NCBI GenBank assembly: GCA_963693365.1
Contig: CAVNZM010000008.1
Coordinates: forward strand, 4,488,310-4,552,309
DNA: 64,000 nucleotides
Direction: 5' to 3'
DNA from: Amoebidium appalachense
Lineage: Eukaryota > Protista > Ichthyosporea
The number at the start of each line of letters is the position of its first letter. Position 1 is the stretch's first letter. Positions 27,046 through 39,800 of this stretch are shown in pieces. A program made the position numbers and the translations under genes. The notes beneath the pieces were generated by a model. It was not told the origin of the DNA. It searched no databases and saw nothing but the letters and a program-made list of their open reading frames with translations.

Positions 27046-28905
27046 TGTGCGTGCGTGTGTGTGTGTTTGTACATATTTGCGGTGTGGCGGGAAAGGGGGT
27101 GGGGGGGGGTATGCTTGGAACCAGCAAGCACACACGGGAAACCACAACAGAGAAAAGAAAACACTTGCCTCCGTGTCTGTCCATGTTGCCTCGATGGTCA
27201 GTTTCTTAAGCGTGTGCCGGCTATCTCTCAAATATCCCGTATCATCAAGCTCCCCGTAGTTATCCCATGTATCTCCACAAACTACTGAAAATTCCTCGAG
27301 CTGCGACGTGCGTAAAAGCGGCGGATCCATCCAACCACCGCCACAATCCACATCGAAAATCTTCAGCGACGTGCTTGCTTCTATCCCGTCCAATTCTATG
27401 TTATCTGCCATGATGGTCAATTTCTCCAACAGGGGTAGCTGGGGAAAATTGTTTATGTCCCCTTCACTGTAATCGATGTTCACCTCGCGTAATTTCGTGC
27501 AATGTCCGAGCATATCCAAATACATGTTATGAGTCCCTGGATTCTGATGCGACGCGTTCGGATTCACGATTGAAATTTCCTCCAAATTTCGCAGCGCCTT
27601 GCACGTATCCGTAAATCCGTCCCTCAAAATATCCGCGTTTTTCATCACCAGCGACTTCAATGTCCTGAGCCCCGTGCTCTCATCATCCGGGTCGAGGGGC
27701 GGGTATGGCATATTGTCTGTTTCGAGATATTCCAGGTTGAGGAGGATGATACACACCGCACCGAGCGCAAAGGAGGCATAGTCGTCATAATTAGCATATC
27801 TTTCCGTTACAGAATTGACGGCGAGCCTACGAACACACGTGTGTTTGCCGACTTTGGACAGGCTGTCGAGTGCGGAGATCGTCCTCGGCACGCCTTCCCT
27901 GGCCTGATGGGGAAGGGAAAGAAACCGGCCGTGTGAGAAATACAGGTTTGGCTGGTGTGTATGTTTGCGAAGGTGAATGGTAGGGTGGTTATAACTTAAT
28001 GGCTCTAACATAAGTGCAAAAAAAAATAAAAGTAGATAGTGAGAAAAGAGCACAGCGAAATAGTTGGGAGAGAATTAGGATGCGTGCAAAGACATATAGC
28101 TAAATGTAATAGGAAGGGAAAGGGAAAAGGTTGCGGCGACCCCCAGAAAGAAGAGAGTTTGGGGGATTCAGCTGAGAAAAGGGTAGGGATACGAAAGGGA
28201 ATAAGGTAGAGAAAGTAGCAGGAAGCACACAGTGAGCATGGAAATGGTTAGACGACCAACCCCACCCTACCCCCCTCACACACACACAACATAAACACAC
28301 TTCCATACCCAGCAAGAAATCCATGCTCAAAGCATGCACCAAGAAACCCAAGAGACCAAGTCATCAACACTATTCGGCTTTCGGCTCCTGAACTTTCGTG
28401 CACCGGAGTCCCCCACAAGGGGGGGGGGGGGGGGGGGGGGGGGAGGGGAGGGAGGGAGGGGGAAGATGGGGTGGTGGGGGGGGAGCGGGGAGGAGCAAGA
28501 GAATATGCATACATACCTCAACATCCGTTGTCAGATTAAAAGAGATGGTGAGATTCTCGAAGGCAGCAGGGGGCAGCTCGTTCCAGCAGGCGATCTGGAA
28601 CTTCTCAAGATTCGAGTGGTCTATGCAATGTTGACTGTGCAACACCACCAAACGCTTCACATCCAAATGCACCCTCTCCACCTGCTTGGCCCACACCCTG
28701 AGGCCTGCCACGTGCAACATGAGGTCCTCGGCGCTGGCTGCCCTGTCTGTTGGGGGCACTGTGATGGTCACGTGACCTACACCTTTGTGCCGGGCCAGCC
28801 CGGCAAAGGCGTGGCACACGAGGGAAGAGGAGAGACGGTCCGCGACTGGCAGGTGGCAAAATATGGCCGTTGTGAGCTCTGGCGGCAAATGGGCAAACGG
28901 GCAGT
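25207..28905 (-). CDS. F-box / leucine-rich-repeat protein; exons 28905-28517, 27903-27169, 25794-25207; first and last exons unresolved
   Basis: F-box FAHLPPELTTAIFCHLPVADRLSSSLVCHAF followed by LRRs (LRNLEEISI, CTKLREVNI, LSDISALSSCVYL, LKDISPLGHCRALETVSL, LTDITPISLCPLLSDLSL). Exon lengths of 389/735/588 nt give consistent phases. Confidence 0.85.
26397..26530 (-). mobile_element. Non-coding interspersed repeat, copy 3 (shortest), flanked by G-tracts on both sides, inside an F-box/LRR intron
   Basis: Matches the 3' ~134 nt of copies 1 and 2; G-tracts at 26379-26396 and 26533-26568. Confidence 0.85.
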
Positions 28906-29775
28906 CTGTAACGCAAAGAAGATGGGTGAGCGAAAGAACAGCTACACCGATGTCCATTTCTTGACCCCAGTGAGCTCACTCTCTCTCAACTGTCTTCTCC
29001 CCCACTCCCACTGCTTTTCTCTCTTTGTATGTCTCGGTTTCCGTTCCTTTCTCCCGGTACACCCCCAGTCCCCCGCCCCCCCCCCCCCCCCCCCAAACAA
29101 AACCCCATCCCCATCCCACCAAAATAACGGAAGTGTTGTGGAGCGCTCGAGGGAGTTATTAATAGCAGAATAGCCTCATGGGTCAAGTGTGTTGGAGTAT
29201 ATAAGCGGAAAAACCGAAACGCGAAGACATAGGCAAGTGGCTGATAGAATAACAGGTCCGGGCACGAGTCTGCCGTTCATGAAGGAAATGGGAGAAGGAA
29301 GGTGCTGGTGCTAGCTTTGCCCGTGTCCGCCAAGCAAGGGCAACTAAACGTAAAGGATGTAGATAACCAACACACACCAAAACTAAACACTGCATAAAAA
29401 ACTTGCATGTCTCCTATCTTTCTATTTTCTTATAGTACACCTGACACGAATGTGTGAGTTAGTCCACCTGTGGGCGAGGAATAAACCAAAACAAACGACA
29501 AGAAGGGTCATGTCAGGCTCAACATCAAGGCTTCCCCTGTTCCAGGCTCACATGCACAGTAGTGGGATGCAGGCACCCACGAAAGGCACTACTAAACCCT
29601 ATGCCCCACAATTACACGAACCGACACTTCAACCTGCAACACACGCACACACACACACGCACATACGCATACACGTGTGGCAAACGCACACGCACACAAA
29701 CGCACCCACACGCACACACGCACACACGCACACACGCACACACGCACACGCACGCACGCACACACACACGCACAC

Positions 29776-29862
29776 ACCTCTCTGCGGGTCCTCAGGCTGT
29801 ATGGGCCGACTCTCCGTGTTCTCCGCCATGTTTCCGGTGTTCTCTTGGGCCTCCTAAAGCTA
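29776..29862 (+). pseudogene. Isolated LRR-like exon remnant
   Basis: [20 protein letters not shown]; its DNA (CTCTGCGGGTCCTCAGGCTG) resembles 45679-45698. Confidence 0.35.
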
Positions 29863-31440
29863 GTAAAAGACTGGGGGGGAAAAAAGATTGCTCTGAACAT
29901 GTACGTGTGAAGCCTTGGGCGAACCTGGGCGAACCGTCAGAAACCTTGAAAACTGCCGGAGGGAAAAAAAGAAGTGCGCACGCGAGCCGACGATGAATCG
30001 ACTGATTAGCCATAAATAGAAGGTAACAACAACATCCCATTGCTAAATTTAGCCTATTCCTCATCACCCTATTGGCCGGAGGGTGCGGCTGGTGGATCCC
30101 TCAAAACCTTCTGCGCTTGGGCGTTGTAACGTTTTGCCACACTGATGCAATGGGAACTTTTTTTCTTTTGACTCGATTTATTCGACGGAAAGATATGCAA
30201 GTATGCACGGCATACTGAGAAGACAATAAAAACTTCACGATTTATCCAGTAACAAGTGCATATTGAGATACCTGAACACCGTGTGAAAATCATATAAATA
30301 CTCAATGTGACGACCAACAGAATTCAACAAAAAGTCTAAAGTGTTCACATTGCCAGCTAGTGTAGCAGACACCCGTAGGGAAAGAGGTATTAAAGCGACA
30401 TAAAAACTCACACCTATCAACATGCTTGCGATTAAAAAGTTCAGCACAAAAGTGGCACCAGCGGCGATGAAAACAAGAATTACAACGCCACTACACAACT
30501 TCCCAGGCAATTATCAACATCAGAGCACCATACAGACTTATCTACTAGGGTTTTTTTTTTGGGAAGTTGAACTCTCCTGGATATTATCTTTTGCGGCCCC
30601 ATTTCCACACGTGTGACTTGTGTATGGACTATTTGCTATGGAAAATGGATCATATTTGGAATAGTAACTCTTTTATACCAGAATCCACTTACGAAATGTA
30701 TATTGGATGCATTTTACTCTATCTAATGTATGAGAAATTTTCCTTGAGTTTTGGGGGACTCAGCTGCCAGCCCCCCGCGGGCGACAAGGGCGAACGTCCC
30801 ATGCCCGGGCTTCTTTTTTCAAGTCAGAAGAACGAAGGTTAGCCTTTGCAGGAAGTGTTTTACGAAAGTAGCTCAGTTATCAACGGAAAGTACATAAAAA
30901 AGATGGCGGCCAATGTCATAGGCAGTTCGCTCATAAGGGCGGATAACCCAGCGAGGTGTTTGTGTCCGTGCGCGTGTGTGTGTTCGTGCGGGTATGTGTG
31001 CTCGTGTGCCTGTGTGTATGTGTGTGTGTGTGCGTGTGTGTGCGTGTGCGTGCGCGTATATGTGCGGATGTGTGAGTCTGGGTGGGTGCAGTACCATTGA
31101 GCTGGTTCAATACTGCTTCCGCAAGCCTAATAGCTGAATCAAGAGGAAATGCATGCACTTCGCATTTAGGGAGAAGTCGGATGTGCTGACCCTCTTATTT
31201 TTGTGTGTGCTTTGTGCTCAGGCGTATGAAATAGAAGGCATACAGTTTCGGAGAGAGAAAGGGAGACAGGGGGGGGAGAGAGAGAATGAGGGGGGGAGGA
31301 GAGGTAGAGAAGGAGAGAGGTAGGCAGTGAGGGAGGGAGGGACGGAGGGAGAGGACGGGGGGAGGGGAGGGGGCGAGAGAGAGACAGGGAGAGAGCGAGA
31401 GAAAGTGAGAGAGAGGTGTGTGTGTGGGGGGGTGGAGAGC

Positions 31441-31511
<71 letters not shown>

Positions 31512-31647
31512 TGTGGGTGGGTGAGACAGAGAGTGAGAGAGAGAGTAGGGGGGATGAGGGGCGGGGGGGGGGGGGGGGGGGGGGGGGGGGAGGGCGGGGA
31601 GGCAAGGCAAGAAACACTTCATCCTGACTGTCCTCTTTGTGCCACAG

Positions 31648-31900
31648 ACTGCCCGTTTGCCCATCTGCCGGCGGAGCTCACAGTTGCCATATTTCGCCAC
31701 CTGCCACTTGACGACCGTCTCTCCTCATCCCTCGTGTGCCACGCCTTTGCCGGACTGGTCCGGCACAACGGTGCAGGTCACGTGACCATCACAGTGCCCC
31801 CAACAGACAGGGCAGCCAGCGCCGAGGACCTCATGTTGCACGTGGCAGGCCTCAGGGTGTGGGCCAAGCAGGCGGAGGGGATGCATTTGGATGTGAGGCG
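31648..31900 (+). pseudogene. Inverted paralogous F-box exon, truncated just before the Copia insertion
   Basis: Starts at the same cag|ACTGCCC acceptor as 28905. DCPFAHLPAELTVAIFRHLPLDDRLSSSLVCHAFAG...LRVWAKQ is nearly identical to the minus-strand copy. Confidence 0.8.
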
Positions 31901-31953
31901 ATATGGGCAAAGGAGGGTTGAGAGATGCACAGCCCCCTTCCATTCCCCCCCCC

Positions 31954-32718
31954 TGTTGGACATTGTGTTCATAGAAGCTAGTTCTAGTGCACGTTGTTCC
32001 TTCTGTAAGTCAGAAATGATTGCATCTTGTGAGGCCAACCTCTGCTCCAGTAGTTGGACTAGTTGCTGCAACTGTAAGTTGTCAGACATAGTGTCGTGTA
32101 TGATGGGTAACTAGTCTATGTGTTTTGTGCACTGGAAACGACAGTAGAAAAGTGTAAATCAAACGTTCTGCTTCCCATGTTTGTGACATGGGAGGCACTG
32201 CTTTATATAGTCGTTGGCCACCTCATGGTGGCCTCGTGTGCACCCTGGTGGTGGGCCATGTACAGCATGGCCGAAAAGAGAGCACAATGAAAACAAGTCG
32301 TTAAAGATATAAAAGTTAACTGTGCACGTTGAGTGGCTAGTTAACTTGCACTAAAGCACACAAATAAACGTGTTTAACACACCAATTGCAGTTAAACGTA
32401 AATCTTACTTCACACAACTTAAAATATTCTGAGAATATCCGGGAATAAAGCACACTACCACTCTAAGAATAGAATCCTGTGGCAAATATAGACATGACAT
32501 CATCTGAACCGGGAATATTAATTAATGAGCACAATTAGCACGTTGCTAGTGAAGCTCGTCATTGGTACAGTTTTGGCTCAAACATATAACTACCATATAT
32601 GAATATGACCGTAAACAAAAGCTCTATGCACTCGAGTGAGTGTTGAAACAGTTATTCAATTGCTCACAAACTTTCTCTAACAGACATTGCTAGCCGGGAG
32701 TACCAGTGTACTCCAACA
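31954..32718 (-). repeat. 3' LTR of Copia A
   Basis: Direct repeat of 43883-44647. Confidence 0.95.
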
Positions 32719-32905
32719 CCCCTACTCAATTGGATAATTGTGGTATGAATTAATGCAACTGAGCTCGAGTGCTTCAGGTGCACAAAATACAGACAATAAA
32801 GATTCCCCTACTCAATTTTAGTATGGTACACGTAGTTGCACAGTCGGATGCAACTCTCTCCCCCCCCCCTGAAGTATGAGGGCGCAGTTGGTTGATGACG
32901 GGTGC

Positions 32906-35885
32906 TCAGCACATGTTGAGCATCCCCACGGCCTTGGTGAAGAAAGAGGCAGACAGGGCCTTGGTGAACATGTCGGCCTTGTTGTCAGCAGAAGCCACCG
33001 GGACCACAGTGATGTTGCCCAGCAGGTGATGTTCCTTGACGGAGCAGTAGCGGACGTCGATGTGCTTGGTCTTGGGCTTAACCCCCAGGGTGTCCAGCAG
33101 GGCCCGGGCAGACTCATTGTCCCCATGGATGGGCACCGGGGTGGGCTCATGGATAGGATTAAGGCCCAGGTCGTCCATCACATAGTTGAGCCATATGGCC
33201 TCGTTCGTAGCAGCAGACATGGCCACAAATTCAGCCTCAGTGGAGCTGTGGGTGGTGATGGACTGGAGCCGAGACACCCAGGACACAGGGCCCCCGGGAG
33301 GAGTTGATGAAGAAGACATAGCCCGTGGTGGAGCGCCGGGTGTCGCGGTCCTCGGCGTAGTCGGAGTCGGAGTAGCCAACAAGGGTGAGGGGGCCGGGAC
33401 GGTAGACAATACCCAGGTCGATGGTGGCCAGCAGGTAGCTTACAACTCTGGTAGCCATAGTCCAGTGGGTGACGGTGGGCGCATGAATGTGTCGAGTAAG
33501 GACTCCCAGAGCCTGGGAAATGTCGGGGCGGGTGGTACGCGCAATCCACAGCAGGGCACCGACCAGGCTGGCATAGTCCTCCTTCTTGCTGTGGGCTGGG
33601 GTCTTGTTGCTTTCACTGGCCTGGCCCGGGACGATGGGGGTCTTGGTGCCGGACATGTGGGTGAGACGAAAACGGGCAGCCAAGTCGATGATGTGTTGAC
33701 GATGGCCCAGACGCAGAGACCCGTCCTCCAGCCAGGTAAGAGTGTGCCCGATGAGCAGGGTAGGACGACCCAGGTCCTTGGCAGAGAAACGAGCATCCAG
33801 CTTGGTGAAAAAATCGTCGATGAGCGCATCAGTGGCGGCCGTCACGGTGAAGTCATCCACGTAGGCAGCAAGGGCAATAAACGTTGGGGTCCCGGCATTC
33901 TTGATGAACAGGCACGGGTCAGCAGCACTCACAATGAAGCCTTGGTCGAGGAGATGGTCACGGAGGGCCTCATACCACTGGCGCGGTGCCTGTTTTAGGC
34001 CGTAGAGCGCCTTGTGGAGCAAGCCGACAGCATGGGGGGCCGAGGGGTTGACGAAGCCAGGGGGCTGCTCAATGTAGATGGTCTCGTTGACGGTGCCGTT
34101 GAGGAATGCTGTGTTGACGTCGATGTGGCGCAGAGGCAGACCTTGGGCCACGGAGGTAGCCAAAACCAGCCGGATGGTAGCCAGCGCAGCCACAGGTGAC
34201 TCGGTGACGAAATAGTCCTGGCCAGGCTGCTGGTAGTTGCCCCGGGCCACAAGCCGGGCCTTGAAAGCAGTGACGTTGCCGACGTTGTCCTGCTTGACCG
34301 TAAAGACCCAGCCGACCGGAATGACAGTGGAGCCATCCTCTGGACGGGGCACAAGGGTGAAGGTGCCGTTGTCTTCCAGGGCCTTGAGCTCACGGTGTGC
34401 AGCCTCCTCCCATTTCAGACGCTGGGGACTCTTGAGTGCAGCCCGGACAGTCTTGGGGACAACAACGGTGGAAGCCTTGATGGGTGTTGATGCAGGAGCC
34501 GTAGCCTGGGGGGCAAGGGGGGCCGTAGCAGCAGCCACGTTGGCAGTCGGACCTCGACGTTGGTCGTTGTACACAGCGCCACTACGGGTCGTCCGGGGGA
34601 GCCGATGTGCAGGCTCGGGCAGGATCGGAATGTCCAATTGATCACTCGGCGCTGTCCCATTGGCTGACAGACGAGACGAATCAGATTGCTGATCATTCCG
34701 GACGATGTGATTGGCTGGCTGATTTGACGAATCAGATGACTCCAAAAAATGATGAATTGCCGGTGCGGTCGACCAATCAGATGGGACATCACGGAGGGGG
34801 TGCAGAATAGCAGCCTCGTCGAACTGCACGTCACGGCTGGCGGTCATCTTGTGTGCTGCTGGAATCCAGACCTTGTAGCCCTTGATGTTAGGAGGGTAGC
34901 CCACGAAGATGCCCTTGACGGCACGAGGCGCCAGTTTCGGTGTATCCTGTTGATGGACGTAGCAGGGAGAGCCCCAGACACGGAGCCGGCTGTAGTCGGG
35001 AGGAATGCCGGTCCACAGCAGGGCGGGAGACGATTGGCTGCCGGTGGCTCGCGACGGGAGCATGTTGCGTATAAAAGCCGCGGTCACAGCTGCCTCGGCC
35101 CAGAATCCCACCGGAAGGCCGGACTGCTGCAGGAGTGCCCGAACCATGTCGAGGAGGGTCCGGTTCAGTCGTTCGGCAGTCCCATTCTGTTGAGGAGAGC
35201 CGGTGGTAGTGATCTGATGGCGAATGCCATGCTCACGGTTGTAGTCCCCGAAGGCCGTGCCCATGTACTCGCCCCCCCGTCGGACTGAAACACCTGCATG
35301 GGAACACCGTGTTGGGTAACCGCCGCCTTGTGGTACGTCACATATGGAGCCAGTGTGTCCGACTTCTTGACGAGGGGCACGGCCGTGGTGTGGCCGGTGA
35401 ATTCGTCGTGGAACGTCGCCAAGTACTGAGCACCACCGATCGCGGGAGGGAAGGGGCCGCTGATGTCGCTGTGAACCTTGGCTAGGACCCGGGGAGCTTG
35501 GCTAGTTGATTCGGAGAAGGCAACACGGTGGGCTTTGCCGAGGGCACAGGGCTCACACACACCCGGAGACTTGGCACCGCCACCCACCAACAGGCCTGCA
35601 GACTTGATGACCGAGCGTACAGCGTCAATGCCAGCATGGCCCAGACGGTAGTGCCACGTGTTGAGGTCGGCAGTAACCTTGAGGATACGCGGAGCAGTGG
35701 TGGTTTGGGCGTCCGGGGTTGTGTCCGCGCGCAGAAGAGAGACCGCCATGTGGTACAGCTTGGTGCCGACAGCCGAGCCGGTGGCCAGAATTTGATCGCC
35801 ATAGCACAACTTAACGCCGCCGCGGGTGTCAAAGCGGGGTAAAACACCGTTGGTAGTTGCCGTGAACACACTGATGAGAGTGTCG
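32906..35885 (-). CDS. Copia A pol, 3' part (integrase, RT, RNase H), with two 1-nt frameshifts (~35275, ~33295)
   Basis: WHYRLGH..CEPC, VHSD, SDGG(G)EY, QQNGTAER, FKARLVARG, HIDVNTAFL, LYGLKQAPR, YVDD, GYSDSD, STEAEF, KHIDVRY, ADMFTKAL. Confidence 0.93.
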
Positions 35886-36820
35886 TGTTATAATATGTAG
35901 TATTTACATATTGTAAGATCTTCTCAGTTCGTGTTATGTTTTCATTCATTTACTTAATGAAAAAGATGTGCTCCTTGTACGTAAATTATGACATCGATCT
36001 CCAGTGTATTTGAGTACTTGTAATCGTGTTGTGTCGGCTATATTCGTGTGTTTAGATATCGATTACAGCAACTGATTATAGGTACACGAGTCTACCCAGT
36101 GAGGGAGACACGTGTACATGTTATGTGTACATGAATATCTTCGGTTATAACTGTGTTTTGCTGTTCGTGTTTTCTGTCCTGCTTTCTTTTCTTTTTCCTC
36201 TTTCTTCTTCTTTTCTTTTCTCTTTCTTTCTTCTCTTGTTTCCTTTCATTTAATTATATTTCTCTCTCACTAATATACGTTGAGTAGATTTATATTACTC
36301 GTCATGTTTTGATTGGTAGAAAAACACTTAGGTTACACTTTAGCTTGTCAGGTATGATTCATAGCTTAGTCAACCACTTTTGTTTTGTGTGTTGCCGTAC
36401 TATATCCAATCAGTGGACTTAGTCGGAAAATGTCTGAGTCTTTGTAGCCGATGATAGGTTAGAAACATCACCTCTTTCCTCGTTACTCTTCACCTCTTTT
36501 CTTTCTTATAGCTGTGACCTATGGTGTGTGTTCCCGCGTCTCCGGATCTATCCGGGAAATAATCAGTTAATTGTGATTGGTTATTTTAGACATAGATCTG
36601 ATTTCCGACTGGTCGGAAATCATGTATGGATTTAACTTAAGGGAATTTCAGGTATTTATTAGCGATCAAAATAAATTGAGTTCAGTCGTGTCTAAACATT
36701 GATGTCTGTTGTGTACACTGCTCCGATCGTTCCGTGTTTTGTTGTTGTGTGTGTCTGTGGTGTTTTCACACTGCACCACTGTGTCTCTGCTTTCATCCCA
36801 AATACTTATAGAATTTAACA
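35886..36820 (+). repeat. 5' LTR of Copia B
   Basis: Direct repeat of 41754-42688. Confidence 0.95.
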
Positions 36821-36882
36821 GGTTATGCAGCCCTTTTGCACGCTCCCTACACACATCTAGAACTCGCGCTCGTTTTTCAATC

Positions 36883-39800
36883 ATGGATCCAAACAAAACT
36901 GGCGTAAACAAAATCACCATGTGGAAAGGTGAAGGGAAGACTGGTCCCGATAGCAAAACTACCTATTTTCAATGGGAAATCATTTTTCTCGGCATGATGA
37001 CCGGCACTAAAGGTGTCCGACTCGTGGATGTTGTCCTTGCTGACAACTACGTCCCCCCTACCACCGTTGCGGTTGACGGTGAACCCCCCTTCTATGGCTA
37101 CGGCACTACCGCGGAACTCAAAGAGGCCCGCAATTGCCTCCTGCTCCATATGATACAGAACATCGACCCTTCCGTCCTCACCACCGTTGCCCAGTACCGT
37201 ATTGGCATGGACCCTGAACGGGCCATGTGGAAATTCCGTCAACACTATCTCCAAGGCAAACCCGATCAGATCCGCATCCTTCACCGTCAGTGGGATGCCT
37301 GTGCCCTTCAGCCCGGTGAATCATTCACCACCTACCTGAGCCGTCTGCAGACCATCGTGAACCAGCTCCAGTCTCTCCAAGATGAGTCTATTCACTTCAC
37401 TCGTCTAGCTGAGAAGTTCTTCAATGAACTCACCACCAGAGACGACCTCACCCCTGAGTTCAACCGTCTTATCGAAGACTATCACTTCGGTGATAAGCTA
37501 TTCCCCGACTTCGAGTCCCTCCATAACCACGTCAAGGGCATCGAGTTACGTCAAGACCTCAAGATGCAACTCCGGAACAACCGTGCCCACCGTGCCTCCA
37601 AGTCCAGCATGGCATTAAATGCCAGTGCTCCCCCCCGTGATCTTCCTCGCCGTGACTTACGCACCCGACTTGACCGTCCCTCTGGCACGGACCTCCGAAC
37701 TCGTCTCTCCCGTCAGCACACCCGATCCCGTTCCCCGCACCGGCCTGCCTTCCGGTCCACGTCTCGTTCCCCCAGTCGTTCCCGTTTCTCGGGTTCCCGT
37801 CGTTCTGATTCCCCGGCTCGTTCTAACACCCCGTCCGTGAAAGAATGCTCCTACTGCCACGAGCCTGATCACACGATCATCGATTGCCCTGAGCCGAAAT
37901 GCCGTATGTCCAGACACAACCGTTCCCGTCAAGGCAGTGAGAAATCTGTCTCCTTTGCTTTCTCGGCATACAATGCTAGCTCCGTCCCCGTGTCCTCCGA
38001 CCCTGCCTGGGATTCCGGGTGCAACATGACTGTTTGCCCCACCCGTGAGTTCTTCCATGACCTCACTCCCCTTCCGACACCGACTCCCGTTGCTGCCTTC
38101 AATGGCACCCCCGTCTTGGCCACTCACACCGGCCATATCGTCATCAACACCACCACCAAACATGGCACTGCCACCCTTACCATTGAAGCCTACTACACCC
38201 CGTCTGGCCAAGCCTTCCTCATTTCAACATCCCAAGCTGCTGCCGAATACATCAAGGGTGATTTGAACGATGCCTCCACTCCGTCATTCCTCTTCGACCG
38301 ACTCACCGGCCGTCATCTCGTCAACCTCCGTCTACACAACGGTCTGTATTACTTCAAGGACTACACCATTCAACCACCCACTCGTCCTGTGGCTCTGGCT
38401 GCCACTACCAGTGTTAACCCATCCATCTGGCACCATCGTCTGGGGCACCGAGCTATGACCAGCATCAAGGACATGGTGAAACACGACCTTGTTATTGGTC
38501 TCCCATCCTCTGTCCTCGACTGTGATGTTCCTGATTGTCATGGCTGCATTATGGGTAAGACCACCAAGGCTCCGTTCAAGGGTGACCGTCCTCATTCCAA
38601 CATCCCCGGTCATGAATGGCATTGGGATTTTTTTGAGCCTACCACAACATCGTACGGAGGTTCCAAGGTTGCTCTCGTCACTGTCTGCCGTGCCTCTGGA
38701 CTTGTCAAGATCTACCCGATGGCCGACCGTACCACCACCCTGGATATTCTCACAGCTCACACCAACCTCGTTGCCACCCATGCCCCCTCCAAAGTTGGTG
38801 TTTACCACTTCGACTCCGGCTCTGAGTTCACCTCCAAGGATACCCGTGCTTTTTGCCTCTCCCAGGGCATCAAGGCCAGCTATGCTCCGGTGGACTGCCC
38901 TCAACTGAACGGCTATGTTGAACGACGTATGCGGTTCCTCCAAGAGATTGTCCGTTGCCTCCTCCATCAAGTCCAAGATCAGTCTCTGTCTCCCAAACTG
39001 TGGGCTGAGGCCCTCCAACATGCCGCCTACATCATCAACGTCACCCCGTCCACGACTGCCAATGGTCGTACACCATTCGAGGTTTTCTACGGTGTCAAAC
39101 CTGACATCTCCGAGCTCAAAGTGTTCGGTTGCCCTGCCTACACTCACGTGCCAGTCTCTAAACGGAACAAGCTGGCCCCCACCGTCAAACTCGGCATGTA
39201 TATCGGCTATGATCTTCAATCACACTGCCACCGGATCTTAATGCCACCACCCATCGTGTCGGCCTCTTCCGTGATGTGATTTTCGACGAATCAGCTTATC
39301 TCCCGTCCGACATTCCATCAACCTTTCCGACCCCCGACACCACTACTACCTCGACCACCCCACCCCCCACAGTTGACACTGACGATGATGTTTGTCTGGT
39401 GTACTCTGGCCCCCCTCCTGCCATCGTCGTTCCCCCGACACCCCCCCCCCACCGGCCCCCCTGCCCCCGTGCCCGTCCAGCCTGCCGACCCTCATCCTGC
39501 CCCTGGCAACGTCACACCCATCCGACCCGGCTCCCCCGACAATTTCCACTCGGCCCCGTCCAGCCCGGAGGTTGCCCCCCCTGCACTTCCGAACTTCCAA
39601 GTTCCCCCCCCACCGTCTCCACCTACCCCGGTTCCTGCACCCCGTCGTTCTGCCCGTCTCCAGGGCAAGGTTGGACTTCAAGCCACCACCACCCTGCCAG
39701 TCCCCCCCGGTCCCCCCATCAACATCGACCAACTACCCAAACTCGTCCGTCAACTCTGTTCCGGACCCAATGGTGATCAGGTCAAGTCAGCCCTGACTGC

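Noticed and set aside
30235-30510. 91-aa hydrophobic ORF as a membrane protein gene
   Set aside because: TTG start, no supporting exons or motif; cannot be supported.
1-31600. Hundreds of short ORFs rich in poly-G/P, CV or HT
   Set aside because: They are translations of homopolymers and dinucleotide microsatellites that simply lack stops.
36709-36882. N-terminal extension of Copia B Gag from the ORF track (MCTLLRS...)
   Set aside because: Begins at a TTG in the LTR; the first ATG with Gag-like sequence is 36883.
39240-39460. Programmed ribosomal frameshifting in Copia B pol
   Set aside because: The shifts lie within or after integrase in C-rich runs, not at a gag-pol boundary; error or mutation is simpler.
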